Assembly (NCBI GenBank): GCA_039096225.1
Contig: JBBPEB010000033.1
Span: 434,001 to 498,000 of the forward strand
DNA from: Blastocystis sp. Blastoise
Lineage: Eukaryota > Protista > Bigyra: Opalinata
Direction of reading: 5' to 3'
DNA length: 64,000 nt
Shown one piece after another: positions 38,055 to 53,503 of this stretch. How positions within the stretch are numbered: position 1 is the stretch's first letter; each line of letters begins with the position of its first letter. The notes below the pieces were generated by a model. The model had not been told where the DNA came from. It ran no database searches and saw nothing but the letters and a program-made list of their open reading frames with translations. Made by a program: the position numbers and the translations under genes.

Positions 38055-41000
38055 TGTCTTCTGTAGCAAATGAGGTTGGTCCAACTGGTTTTATATTATC
38101 ATTTATATTGTTCTTTGAAAGAGATGAAAAGACAAACGAGGAATGAGACTATATTATTATAGTTATTATGATTATGATTATAAAATGTTTATTATATATG
38201 TATAATAAAAATATAATTACAATAGTATTTGATTGACTGTTTTCTAATTTTATTGGTTTTTGTGAACTAGAATTTTCATCAATAATAAACGCAAATGAAT
38301 TTGAAGAACTCTATATCAATATATATAGTAATAATATATTTAACAAATATAATAAAAATAATAAATATAATAAAAACAATAAAAAAAAAAAATACAATAA
38401 AATAAAATAATATACAGAATAATTATTTTTCTTCGTAGTATCTTTATTATTTCCGTCTTTATGAATATCATTTGAATGACTTCCAAAGCCTGCAAATGAA
38501 GTAACAATAATATTATTTTTACTTTCTTTTCGATTTAGCGACGGTTTTAGACTATTATTCTTAATAAATGAGTTTCGAATAGAATTCTGCTTTGTAATAG
38601 TGTTCTTTGTATCCGTAAGATCAATAACAGAATGATTGGACATCATCGAATAAGGATCTACTGAATTCTGACTGAAAGAAGTTAAAAGTGACTGAACTGT
38701 TTGCTGACTTGATTCGTGATGAATCTTTTCTAAGACCTATATATATATAATTAATAATAAATAATTTATAATTTTATTTAATAAAATAAATGAATAATAA
38801 ACATAATAATAAATATAATAAATATAATAATAAATATAATAATAAATATAATAAATATAATTAATAATAATACTATTGAATACCTCTTTATCTTGAATTC
38901 TTTTACTAAACATTTTCATTTCCTTTTCTTCTTCACTATCAAAATCAGTATGATTATTATTATTATTATTCTCATCATCATCTTCATTCTCACTATTACT
39001 CTTATCACTATCTAATACATCATATATATTTGGATTATTACCTGATTGTAGCTGCTGTTTTAATTTTTCTTTTCGATATTCTTTTAAGAATAATTCTTCT
39101 TCATCTATTTCCCCAGTTTCCCCAGTTTCTCCAGTTTCATTTGTATTTCGATTTTTATCTTTTTTTTCCATTTCATCATCACTATAATCCAATAAAGAAT
39201 CATATTTACTTAATTTAGAACGCATTTCATCTATATATAATATAATAGTATATAATAATATAATATAATAATAATAATGATAATAATATAGAATATATAA
39301 TATAATAATAATATAATAGTATATAATAATAATATAATATAATATAATAGTTAATAGTATAATAATAATATAATAATATATAATATAATAATATAATAAT
39401 AATATAATAGTATATAATATAATAATATCAAAAATATACTTCTAACTTTCATTAATCCAGTTTTAAATGCATTCTTTAAGAATTGAATTTGTTTATCATC
39501 ATCCGCCTGTTGTAGTTGATTATATAAGGATGTCATCTCTTCTTGTTCTTTTTCAGTCACTATATTTATATAGTATAGTATGTTAGGATATTAAATTATT
39601 GTATTATAGTTATATTAAATTATTTTTTTTTGAATCGATTCTTTATATATAAATGTATGTATTCTTATATTTCAATTTATAATGTAATGTTAATTTAAAA
39701 TAAAAATAAAAAAAAATAGAATAATAATAAAAAAATAGAATAATAATAATATAAAAATAATAAAGAAAAGATAAAACATATATATATATACTTTCATAGT
39801 CTTTCAGATCGATTCCTTCTAGAAGGTCATCAATGGGTCCTATAGTATCTCTATATCGATCTGGGTTATCATCTTCACTATCACTTATTTCTGCTTCCAT
39901 TTCAATAAACTTACTATTCTCTATATAAAAATATATAAAATAAAGAATATTAATGAATAATATATATATGTATATAAAATAATAATATTCTATTTATATA
40001 CTAATAGATCCAGTCATAAATCGTTTCCATTGTTTTAATCTTTCTTTTTCTATTATTTTCTTTTCCTCTTCATCTTCATCATCATCATCTTCTTCTTCTT
40101 CATTATCTATTTCTTCATCATTATCTTTTTCTTCATTATTATTATTATTTTCTTTTTCTTCTTCTTCTTCGTCTTCACTATCATCATTATTATTATCATT
40201 TAATGTATCTATTAATAGATTTCTTTTGACATTATTATTTTCTTCTTCATCTTCTTCTTCATTGTCATTATCATCATTATCATCATCATTATTACTTTCA
40301 TTATCACTTTTATTTTGTGTATCTACTCTATGTAAATGATGAGATATAGTATGTTTTATTAAGGGAGTCTCTTCCATATCACTATCATCACTAAATATAT
40401 CATCATCGCTCAAAGAAAATACATCTATATATTTATATATATATAGATTTATATGATTATAGAATAATGAAAAATAATAAATATCATAATAAATAATGTT
40501 ATATAATATATACTATTTTGAGTTGATTTCTTTTCAGATACTACTTTAACTGCAGGGAAAGAAGAGAGTCCTTGAATAGATACAATTTGTTTTGTTTCTT
40601 TTATTTCATTAGGTTTCTTTATTTCTGGATTTAACTTAATATTCTTTGGCTTAAAGATTTCAAATATATTTGTATTTTGTTCTATTTTAGAATTTTCATG
40701 TTCTGGATTATTATTTGAATCAGAATCTATAGATATTACTGATATATTCTTAGAGGGAACAGGAGAAAGAATTGTATTTGAATTATTCATTTTATTGATG
40801 TTTTCTTTTGTTTGACTTTGTTTATTTTTGATTTTATTATTTGATTCATTAGCCATAGTAAACATATCGATCATTGTTCTCTGCTTCTTTGTTTCTTTTC
40901 GTAATGAACCATCAGGAGCCAATTCATATCGAGTTGGAGCTGTATAATGAGGCTTAGGGAGAACTGACTTTTTATTATTATCTTCTTTATTATTATTATT

Positions 41001-42578
41001 ATCTTCTTTATTATTATTATTATCTTCTTTATTATTATTATTATCTTCTTTATTATTCTCTTTATTATTCTCAATAATATTCTCCTTATTTTTCTCAATA
41101 ATATTCTCCTTATTTTTCTCAATAATATTCTCTTTATTATTCTCAATAATATTCTCTTTTTTCTCTTTATTAGTTATAGTAGATTCAGAGATATCAGGAG
41201 TCATAGGAGATATTCCAGAAAGATTATTATCTATATCTATATCTATAATATCATTGATTTGATCATCTAAAGAAATTGACTGAAAAGGAACTACATTCTT
41301 TTTTGAATAAGTACGAATAGATTTCTTTTTAGGAGATAATGTATCTACAATCATCGAATTCTCACTAATTTTATTCTTTTCATTTGTCTCTAGAGTATAT
41401 TCAACATTATTTTCTTTATCATTTATATTACTCTTATTAACATTATGATTATTGTCATTCTTATTCTTATTAATAATATCATTATCTTCATCACTAGATA
41501 CTATATCATTCTGTTTATTTATTACTCTATGAATATTATCTTCTTCATCACTTATATTCTTATGAATAATAGATTCTTCATTCTTTTTAGTAGCATCACT
41601 AACTCTATTTGAAGAATATTGATTATCCAATGGATCAATTTCATCATCACTTTCAGATACTATGCTATTGTTTTCTTCTTCTTCTTCTTCTTCTTCTTCT
41701 TCTTCTTCACTATTTTCATCAGCTTCTTCTTCAAATAAAGAATTCTTCTTCTTCTTCTTCTTCTTCTTCTTATCATTATCATCATCATCATCATCTTCTT
41801 CTTCTTCTTCCTCCTCCTCCTCTTCTTCTTCCTCTTCTTCATTATGTTTCTTATTTTTTAATATATTCTCAGCTATATCTACTTGTGTAATCTCATTTTC
41901 GTTGTTTTCTTCATTTTCATGATCACTTGGAATTATTTCTTCTTCCTCATTATTATTCTTATTCTCAAATTTTTCATTATATTGATTATCAACTTCCATC
42001 CATTCAGCTTCTATAATATATTATATAATAATAATAATAATTAATAAAAACAAATAAACTATTACAATCAAATAAACTTAATAAAACATAACATACCTTC
42101 ATTTTCCCAAGTCTTTACTAATTCACTTTCCATTTTTTCTTTAAGACTTTTTCTTGCTCTCTTCACATTCTGAACATCATTTTTATTACTCATTGTAATC
42201 TTTCTTTTAAAACTATTAAACACATCTTTATTCAAAATGACGTTTTTTGGCGTAAATTGCTGTTGACTATCATCCTGAGGAGGTAATACAACGAAATCCT
42301 ATAGTAATAAATCATCAAACATAATAAATATATAAATAAATAATATAAATTCACTATACATACATCATTATTATCATCTTTCTTATCAAATGTTAATATA
42401 GAATCATCTACATTCTTCTTAGAAGCTATAGGTTCTACTATAGGAACCATTTGAATCTTTTTTTGCTTGATTTTCTCAAGTAACCTAATAAAAACATAAT
42501 TCATCATTAAATATCTATTATGTACCTTTTACGCTTCTCACTGATGGAGTTCTTACTATTACCTGAGGACTCTGACAT
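37821..42578 (-). CDS. Large acidic low-complexity protein with an MRC1/Claspin-like domain
   Basis: Multi-exon, D/E/N/K-rich. Segment FIEMEAEISDSEDD...LYNQLQQADDDKQIQFLKNAFKTG (~39440-39915) resembles the Mrc1/Claspin conserved domain. Confidence 0.6.
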
Positions 42579-43505
42579 GATCTATATTGAAAAATATAAC
42601 ACCGAACCGCCAATTTATTTTTTTGTAAAAGGGTGGGAATCATTATTTCACGGTTATTCACATTATTTCCAGTATTTTATTTTTTTTATATTTATAAAAA
42701 TTGAAAAGGCAATACATCTCCTAATAACTTTGAAAAAGCCATTCTAGATGACGTTGAACTAATTATAAACCGTAATAGGCATACTAAACATAATATTTTA
42801 TGTCATATAAAAAATACACTCATTTATTTTTTCTATACTCTAAAAATATAGTAACGTTACTACAGATCAATGAAGGACATGACAGACAAAATATCAGAAT
42901 AGCAATGAAATGAAATGAAAACGAAAGATAACAAATATATATATAACTGTTTCTTTCAATTTCATAAAAAGAATAGTCAAAGTATTGCTCAATATTTTTC
43001 TTACTTTATCTTGATCTTATTTTCATTCTCTTCAAAATGATATAAATAAAATATACATATAACTCGTTATAATTTATGAACTAATACAATTAAGTATCGA
43101 AACATCGGAACCGATGATTCTATAAGTTTATCCATGTAGATTAATTGGAAAATAGTTGAATGAAATAATGAGTGAAAAGTGGTTATTGGTAGCTTCGTTA
43201 TTATTGGGAGATTTCCAAGAAAATTATAAATAAATTTTTGTTTCTTTATGGCGAAGAACAATATTCATGGTTATTTGCCAATGTCGCCACTTGAAGACGA
43301 TATAAAAAACGGTAATTGCTACAGTATATAAAAAAAGTTTGAAAAATAAATCATGAACAATTTCGTTTTAGAACTGTGTTTTTAGGAATTCCCCAAGGAA
43401 TCTTTTTAATAAAACAAACATGTAGAAAAAAATAATGTGAATATTTTTATTCTTTTTTCGTTGATAATAACTTTATTTTTGTGTGAATTTTTCATACGAA
43501 TCAAT

Positions 43506-44176
43506 ATGAACTACATCTATGTGTTTCTAACATATTTGATGGTTGTTCTATCAATATCACGTATGTTTTTTACAATTGTTTTTCCTAAAAGATGTTTATT
43601 TAGCGAAAACGACATGCGAAGATCCTGAAGTAGAGATTGAAGTAACAAGGCAATATTCACGTGATCCTCAAGATGAAACAATGAAAATATATCGTGGATC
43701 TCGAACTACAGGAACGATGATATTAGAATTACGAGGAGAATCAGCTGAATGGGGAGATCAGAAAGTGTTGAATATATGTGTTCAACCTACACTTCATACA
43801 CTTGTTCGAATTTCTTCGTATGTCTTTTTTTTTTATTATATATATAGTTTTAAAATTCTTTTTCTGTGACTTTTTAAAATATAAATATTATTCAAATTCT
43901 TCATTGATGAATATAAATTATAATAGAAATATATTTTGTTTTTTTTTTGATATATTAAGAATCAAAAAATAATAATGAATGTATATATATATATAGTTCA
44001 GGAAATGGTTGGACTGCTGGATCTTATGTATTAATAAAAAGAAAGAATACTATATTAAGTAAATATGGATTAAGTTATGGTACTTATGCAGAATCTGTTT
44101 TTTATCGTATGCTATATATATATATTATTTTATTTATATTTATGTTATTTTATTCATATATTATATTTAAAAAATA

Positions 44177-44216
<40 letters not shown>

Positions 44217-47200
44217 TTTATATATGATATCAATATAACCTGATCTTATAAATAATATATTTACATAACGAATTATAATTAATCTAATATTATATAAAAT
44301 ATTTAATCAATATAATATATATATATATATCATAAATATAGCTTATTACCTTGTAACCAATGAGAGTTCTTGGAGATATATATCTATTCCTATTCCTTAT
44401 AAAGAATGGACTGCTTATTCTTATGATGATTCGAATTGGAATTATTATTATACGGGTACATTTCCAAAACCCAATAGTATTACTCGATATTATAGAAGAA
44501 AAGTATCTTTAGATGATAATATCAAAGGAATTAGTTTATTTGAATTAACGGTAAAATCAAAAGAAGGCATTCTTATATATATTAATTCAAAATTATTATA
44601 TATACATAATGTTTTAAATAGTTCTATTTCACCTACTGATTATGCTATTCAATCCGATTCAGATTATATCTTAAATACATATTCAGGTAACTTTGATTAT
44701 TATGTAGGAAATACAACAGGATTAGTAATAGCTATAGAAATACATAAAATAAAAAATAGTACAGAAATAAATGATTTGTTTGAAGCTTATTTAATGTTTT
44801 TAGCAGGAGATATGATTCAACGTAATATAAATGGTATAGCTACTTCTACTACTCTTTATAATGAGAAGGATATTCCTGAAAATGCTTTTGATGGTTTTAA
44901 TTATACAAAATGGTCTGGATTATATATAAATAATCAATCATCATTATTATATCATTTTACAAATAATCGTAAAGAATGGATAAATTCTATAGAAATTACT
45001 GTAGATCCTTTGGATAGTCTTTCTTCTCCTTCTTCTTTTATTGTTTCAGGTACTAATAATAATGGAACTACTTGGGAAAAAATAGCTTTTTATAATAATA
45101 TTTTATATAATAATATTACCTATATGAGTCGATTTAATATACCTTCAAATATACATCTTTTTGAAACTATTAATATTACATTTATAAATTCAATAGATAT
45201 CAATATCAATCCTTATGTTTCTATTGTTAATTTAAATTTATATGCTAGTAATAATGTTATTATTGAAGAATATTCTTATGGTTCCGATTCATTTACTTGG
45301 TTTATTAATATTGAAACTGTTTATATTATTCCTATTCATTCAGGTGTATCTGAATATGTCTTAAAATATCCTCGTAATATGCCAAAAGGATTATATTTAG
45401 ATTCAATGACAGGTATTATTAAGGGTAATCCACAAGTTGAATATAATGATATGTTTATTATAGAAGGATATAGTTATAAAGATGAAATATATATTAATAT
45501 GCAATTTCATGTAAATATAATAGAATGTAATAATAATCAATATATTATATTAGAATTTATTAAAGTATCTAATGAGAAAGCAGAAGAATATGAACGATAT
45601 GAATTAATTGATAATAATCATACTATTATATATCAAGATCATGCTATTGATTCTTTATATTATAAAAAAACAATATGTATACCTAAAGATATATATACAT
45701 TACGATTATATAGTATAGGTGCTTCTTCATGGTCTTTTGGTTCTTATTTATTAGTTAATATGAAAGATGATATTCATATAAATACTATTTTTTATGGTTC
45801 TTTACATATAGGTTATTCTACAGAAACATCGATTAATATGAATAGATTATTAAATAACCGTGATTCTAATGTACTTTGTAAATTAGATACTTCTCAACCT
45901 ATAGAATCAAATTGGTATAAAAATAATTATTTATCTTCGAATCCTCAAAATACATGGTTTCCTTGTTTAAATACAACAAAACGTGATTCTTATTATACAT
46001 ATAATCGTTTTTATCGTACTTTTCTTAATATTGATAATACTACTTTATATCAAGGTATAGAAATACAATTAAATGGTCCAAATGCTATTATGATTTATGT
46101 TAATGAACGTATTGTATATAGAACAGATATTGATGAATTATTATTTTCTATTAATGATTCAACAATACCTTTAAATAATGATACTACTATTACTTATCGA
46201 ACTATTTCATTATCTTTAACTTATTTTCATAATGGGAATAATACTATAGCAATTGCTTTATTATATAGTCGATTAATACCATTACCTTTTATTGAAAATA
46301 TTGAAATTAGTATTGAAGCTTTAATCTCAAGTGCTACATTCCCACGAATATGGAATACTTATGGTACATTACTTGCAAATACATCTATTGATGTGTCTAC
46401 TTTATTTGATAGTAATTATGATAGTGGATATAGTTTTGATTTTGATGATTTTCCTGATTCTACTATTGATATAGTAATTTATTATGAATCACCGTATCAA
46501 TTCGAATTTGTAAATCATTATTGTATTATTGTAGACTCTGAAACCCGTACAATGGATCCATCTAATTGGGTATTATTAGGATGTGAATATGGAGCTGAGT
46601 ATTGTGCTTCTTTAGATGCACGTGATAATGTTATTTGGACAGAAACAATTAATAAAAAATGTTTTGATACTACATTTCATATTCCTTCTTATTCTACTTA
46701 TGTATTAAGAATAGAAAGAACTTATCCATCTACTCAAAAATCTATATTTTTATCACAAGTTGAATTTTATATAATAAATTATGATAGTATTCCTGTATCT
46801 TCTCTTTATTATTATCATCCTACTATTATTGGTTATAAAGGTATTACATTTCCATCTTCTTTTCCTTGTGAACATTTTTATAATTTTGAAGTTATTTCAG
46901 GAACATTACCTGAAGGTATATATATAGATGCTTTATATGGATATTTATATGGTATTCCTACAATTACAGTATCTAATTTAACTATTGTTATACAAGCTGT
47001 TAGTATACATAGTAAACTATTTATGACTACTATTGAAATATCTATCTATGATTGTATATTACCTAATATATTATTTTATTTGAATTTTTATCCTTCTTTA
47101 AAAACAAGTACAAATACAACATATTTTATAGTAGAAGATTTAACGACTCATACAATAATAGATTATCATTATTATTTACCTGATTATGGAGTTAGTTCTT

Positions 47201-50200
47201 TTGTATATTGTCGTAGTAATGGTGATTATTCTATAACTATGAATGATATCGATGGTTATGGTTGGGATAATGCTTATATATCGATTTCTTTAAGAGATAA
47301 TACACAAGTATTTAAAGATCGTTTATATCCATCAGAACAATCACGTACTGAGAAATTTTCTGTTTATATTGTTTATTTATATTCAGAAATTGAATGGACT
47401 TATTATTATGATATACTTTCTTCACCCACTATTTCATCTGATTGGATGAATCCTGATTATGAGCCAATAGGATGGAGTTATGGTACTCGTGATGATATGA
47501 CTTCTCCCACGGGAATTACACAATATTATCGAATGAATTATTATTTTTCTACATTACAAAATATAGCTATTATTTCGTTTACATTAACTTTACGTGGTGG
47601 TTGTATAGTTTATATTAATAGTAAAGAAATATATCGTTATGGATTATTAGAAGGTATTATTACTAGAGACACTATATCTATATTTGATCCTTATTTTCCT
47701 GAAACTATTGGTGGTAGTATTCATATTCAATTAAGTAATATACCCTTTTTTATAGGTAATAATAATACTATAGCTATAGAAATACATAGAGGTCAACATA
47801 TATATACAGATCCTATATTTAATGTTTCGATAACACCATTTATTCATAATTTAAGATATCATTTAAATGGTTATGGAGATAGTTCACCTTATATACCTGA
47901 AAATACTAAATATACTATTGATTATGCATTTGATTCACTTAAAGAAACTGTATATCATTATCCTTCTAAATGTCAAGGTATTTCTATTCGTTGGATATTT
48001 TTAAATCAAAGAAAAGAATTTATTAATCAATATAGTATTTCTACATCTAATTTTTGTAATTTATATACACCTTCTGGTTGGATATTAGAAGCTTCAAATG
48101 ATAATGGAAAAACATTTGATATTCTTCATAAAACAAATAATCAAATATTTACATATTTTTATGAAGAAAAAGTATATCAATTTTTAAGTGATAAACCTTA
48201 TAATATGTTTCAATTAACTATAAATGAATGTGAAAATACATATTTTTTACATGATACTCCTTCTTTATGTACAGATACTATAGCTATACAAATATCTGAA
48301 TTTACTTTATATACTGGTCTATTATATACATATTGTCCTACAAATAATGGTTATCCTTCTGTTTTCTATGGTGAATATTCCTATAAATCTTGTGGATTAT
48401 TTTATAAAGGACAAAAAAGTCGATTTTGTTCAGAACAAGGACAATGGGAAGAAGAAGATCTTTCAAATTGTACATATTCATCTCCAACTTTTTTTTATTA
48501 TACTAAAACAGTATATTTAATGGCTATAAAAGAAACAATATCTACATCTATTCCTATTATTGATTCATTATATATGAATTTTACTATATTTCCTTCACTT
48601 CCTTCTTCTTATACTCTTAATCCATATACTGGTATGATTTCAGGTACTAGTAATAAATCTATGTTTCTTACTACGTATACTATTACTGCATCTTCTATCT
48701 ATTATAATACTATAATAAATACAACAATAATGATATCTATATCCAATAGTACATATAGTGATTATTGTAATGAAGATAATCAATGGCCGAGAACATATCA
48801 AGGAAATACAACTACTGTTGATTGTCCTTCTGGTTTTACTGGTGTATATTCAAGAACATGTTTAATACCTATTGATGCTTCTACTAAACCTATATGGTCT
48901 TCTATTAGTAATTATTGTATATTATCTTCTTATTATATTACTTTATCTTATGAATCTTCAGAATATATATTTCCAAAGAATGAAAGTATACTTATTGAAC
49001 CACTTGTATCAGGAGAAGTAATAGATTGGATTATATCTCCTAATATTACATTACCTTATTTAGCTTTTAATAAAGGTATTTTTACTGGATTAAGTTATGT
49101 AAGAGAAGAAAATATTATTTATACAATAACTGCTATAGGTTTATATAATAATGCTAGTACTACTATATCTATTTCATTTTATGAATTTGTATGTAAAAAA
49201 GAAGGTATTTGGCCTTATACATATCATGGAGAAACGGTTATATTACCTTGTCCTTCAGGGTATTCTGGTTCTAGAAGTAGAACATGTAAAGAAATTAAAT
49301 CTGTTGATGATGTATATTTTGGTGATAATCAATCATTATATGCTAAATGGGAACAAGAATTATTTGAATGTACTTATTCATCTCCAATAATATCATTAAC
49401 ACCTATACATATAGAAGGTATAATCAATTCTGAATTATATCCTATTACTCCATTATGTATTGGTATATGTACTTCATGGTCTGTTATTCCTTCTCTTCCT
49501 AAAGGTTTATTATTTAATAATACTACAGGTATTATATCTGGTATACCTAAAATTCCATATAAAGATGTATATCATTATTTAATAGCATATAATCAAGATC
49601 ATTATAGTTATATACCATTTATTATAACTATATCGAATCCTCAATGTCCTGCTATTGATGGTTTTCCAGCTACAAATAAAGGAGAATTAGTAGAAATATC
49701 ATGTCCAGATATGTATAAAGAAGGTACTATTATTAAATTATGTAGTAATGATAATATACCATATTGGATTCTTATTTCAAGTTCTTGTTCTTATAAAGCA
49801 CCTATTATATCTTATTCTATAGATTATATAGTATTATATAAAGATGAACCATTAGTAAGAATATCACCTATTATTCAAAATTATATATCTTATTGGTATG
49901 TAGTTCCTGATTTCCCGCGGGGAATTAAGATCAATCAGAATGGAGGAAGTATAGAAGGAACTGCTATAGAATTATCATCATTAAAGAAATATCGAATAAT
50001 AGCAGGAAATCCTGATAAAGAAACAAGTATATATATACAATTATTAGTAATAGAACGTATATGTCCAAAAGAAAATGATTGGCCAGAAACTAAAGTAAAC
50101 CAAACTATATATTTATTATGTCCTTCTATAAAGACAGGATATCGAATGAGATCATGTGTTCTTGAGGGATCAGATACAAAATGGACCAATGAAAATGATA

Positions 50201-50772
50201 CACGTTGTATACCATCTCCTTTGTCACCACCTGATGTTAATACTGTTTTTATTGATTATACTATTTATATATCTAATTTAACTAGTAATATTATATATGG
50301 TAATGAAATCTATATGTTATATAATGGTATAGATTCTTTCTTTTATCCTTATTTATCTCCTTATAATCATATATGGATTACTTCTATACAAGATTTGAAT
50401 ATAATATCTAATGTTACTACTATTACTCTTCCTACTGTAAGTATATCTATACGTATATATGGATATTATAATGATATTCTTTCTTTAAAAGATCCATTCT
50501 ATTTGTATTTAACAAATGATTATATATATTCTTCTCTTCAGTTACAATTATTCTTTAAGAATCGTTTATTATCTAGTGATTATCAATCAATTACTATTAT
50601 TTATCATAATGTAATATGTAATGAATTTCTAACTGTTTTTATATTATTATTATTAATAGTTACATTAGTGATTCTTTTCTATTATTTATTTTATATGTCA
50701 AAATGTTATTGTACTAAAAAGATAAATAAAAGAAAATCACAAGAATCTATTCTTAAAGAAAGACTTATTTAA
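43506..50772 (+). CDS. Giant type I surface protein (2269 aa): signal peptide, 3 beta-rich/F5-8C-like repeats, He_PIG modules, 5 HRM-like modules, TM, short tail
   Basis: Exons 43506-43560, 43604-43817, 43997-44106 and 44342-50772 total 6810 nt in frame. Motifs AFD...KW, LP.GL.....TG.I.G.P, C...WP.T..G..CP..Y.G...R.C...W...C and TM FLTVFILLLLIVTLVILFYYLF. Confidence 0.9.
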
Positions 50773-51434
50773 TTATATATAAATATATCATTATTATATA
50801 TTTATTCTTTATAATTTTATTTTTTACTTTTATTTTTGTTTTTTGTTTTAAATTTGTTATAACAATTATATATATATATTGTTATTCTTTTACAGATTAT
50901 TCTTAATTATTGCTTTATTATATATATATTTATTTTTTTTTAAATATTATAATAAATATTCATTCATATATTATTCTATCTCATTTGTGTATTGATTCAT
51001 TTGTTTTATTCATATTTATTTTTTTTTCTCTTTTCATTTTTTCTTATATATTCTTTCTATATATATATATATATATTTTGTTTTGTTTTGTTTTGATTGT
51101 CTTTATTCTTTTTCGTAGTTTCTTTTTATTCTTTTTTGGTCTTTTTTAAATTTATCATTTTTTTTTATACACTAAAATATTTGTTATCGCGTATCGTCAG
51201 TATAAATTCTAGTTGTTCTATAATATAATATCATATCTATATGATATATATGATTTCATATATAAATTAATAGTTATTATTATATTTATATTATACATAT
51301 ATTTATGAAATCATTTAAGAATAAACTATCTATATTCTTGTTTAATTATCTATTTATTTGCTTTTTTTTTTTGCATATTATCAACAGTTTCTTAATATTC
51401 TCATTATATTACATATTTTTATAAGTTTTTTTTT

Positions 51435-51470
<36 letters not shown>

Positions 51471-51768
51471 TTTGTAAATATAAGTTAGTTTTATTTTTTT
51501 TTGTTTGAAATTATTAGTTCTTTTATTTATTTGTTTTGAAAAAAATATATATTTGTATTTTGTTTCTTATTCATTTTTATATTTTATAAATAATATAAAC
51601 CCAATGAATATTTTTTAATTTTTTAAAATAAGTTTTTTTTTTACAAAACTATTTTGAATCGTATATATACATATAATAAAATAGATAGCATAAAATAAAA
51701 ATTAATTAGAGAAAAAATAATTCATATTAAAAAAAAATTTATATAATTCAAAGAAAATTTATAAATAT

Positions 51769-53099
51769 CTAATAGTAAATAACTTTTATACCTTTCTTAT
51801 CATTTTTATCATTATGATCATGAGAATCATGTATATGTCTTCTTACACCTGGAGGACTTATACTTCTACTATAACTTCTACTATTACTTCTACTTGTACT
51901 ATAACTTGTACTATAACTTGTACTATTACTTGTACTATTACTTGTACTATTACTTCTACTTCTACTATAACTTCTACTTCTACTATAACTTCTACTATAA
52001 CTTTTACTTCTACTTACACTTCTGCTATCACTTCTACTATTACTTCTACTCTTACTATTACTTCTACTATTACTTCTACTTACACTTCTACTATTACTTC
52101 TACTATTACTTCTACTTCTACTCTTACTATTACTTCTACTATTACTTCTACTTCTACTCTTATTATTACTTCTACTTACACTTCTACTTCTACTCTTACT
52201 ATTACTTCTACTTACACTTCTACTATTACTTCTACTTCTACTCTTACTATTACTTCTTTTATTATCTTTATCATTATGATTCTCAACTTTATTATTAGAA
52301 ACATTAGAATCTTTATCTTGCTTTTTATCAAGTTCTTCTTTATTATTCTTATTCATAGTTTCTTGAGAAATAGAATTTGAAACAGATGATTCATTCTCTT
52401 TATTATTTTTATGAATAGATCTTGAAGTAGATCTAGAACGTCGTCTATTCGATCTTTCTTGTGTTCTAGAAGATTCTTTTTCTTTTTCTTTTTCTTTTTC
52501 TTCTTTTGAATGATAATCTCTACCCATCCATTGTTTCTTTCCTTCTTCACCACGATAATCTATAAGACCATTTTCAACTTTATTTTCATTTACTTCCTTT
52601 TTATTTTGTGATTCTTCTTTTGAAAAACGACGTTCAAGTTCTTCTAAACGATTTCGTCTTTCTCTATTCACTCGCTTCTGTATAGATTCTTCATCCAATC
52701 TATAAATATTAATATATAATTTATTAATATACAATATATTAATATGTATATATATAAATAAAATAATTTATAAAAGAATATCATGTAAAAAATGAACATT
52801 AAATTTAAATTTATATGAATATATCAAGATAAAAAATAATTCTAAACACAAATATACTTTTCAGAACGTAAACGATCTTCATATTCTAATAATGCAAGTT
52901 CGATTTGTCGTTTCTCTTTATGAATAAGCACACTTTTATCTGTTTTTTGAATCACAGGTTCTGATTTTTCTAATACATTATTCTCAGATTGTTTTCTTTG
53001 TTCAACTCTTCTTGATGGCTTGATATAAGCAAGATTTCGTTGGACATAACCATTTGTACCTGAGCCTCTAGCAGTTGCTAAACCAATACCGTTATACAT
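51769..53099 (-). CDS. CWC21: Splicing factor CWC21/SRRM2-like with an RS-repeat tail
   Basis: Canonical MYNGIGLATARGSGTNGYVQRNL start, cwf21 domain HKEKRQIEL, intron 52857-52700, long (SRSN/SRSY) tail. Confidence 0.93.
51855..52260 (-). repeat. Coding hexamer-based repeat (AGAAGT/AATAGT) encoding the RS/SN domain
   Basis: Tandem degenerate TACTTC/TACTAT units on the + strand. Confidence 0.9.
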
Positions 53100-53503
53100 A
53101 TTCACGGAATGATGAAATAAAGTAGTTTTTATAGAAAAGAAAAACTGAATTAATTTCCAGGGTAAAATTAAAAACTGGTATTTCTAAAATAAACATGAAT
53201 ATTTTTTATTACTTTTTATTTTTTTTTTAGTTTTCTATTTAATAAATTTTGTAGTATAAAAAAAGGAATTCCCATGAAAATAATAGGAGACTAATTCTTT
53301 ATGAGAATAATCACAGTTTTTCCAAAAGAAAAGGATTCAATCGATTTCAGACATAACAATCCAAAAAGAAAAGTTTAGTATAATTTCATTCATTCTTAGA
53401 GTATATACTATATAAATAATTATTTTTTGAATTGTTATTATGTATTATATGTGATGCATTATAAATACAGTATAACTTTATAAATATTTTTATAGAACTA
53501 GTC

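Noticed and set aside
43103-43116. Small inverted repeat CATCGG-AA-CCGATG
   Set aside because: Single 6-bp stem with a 2-nt loop and no supporting context.
51814-52380. Thr/Ser-rich mucin-like and Tyr/Phe-rich ORFs on the + strand
   Set aside because: Antisense shadows of the CWC21 RS repeat.
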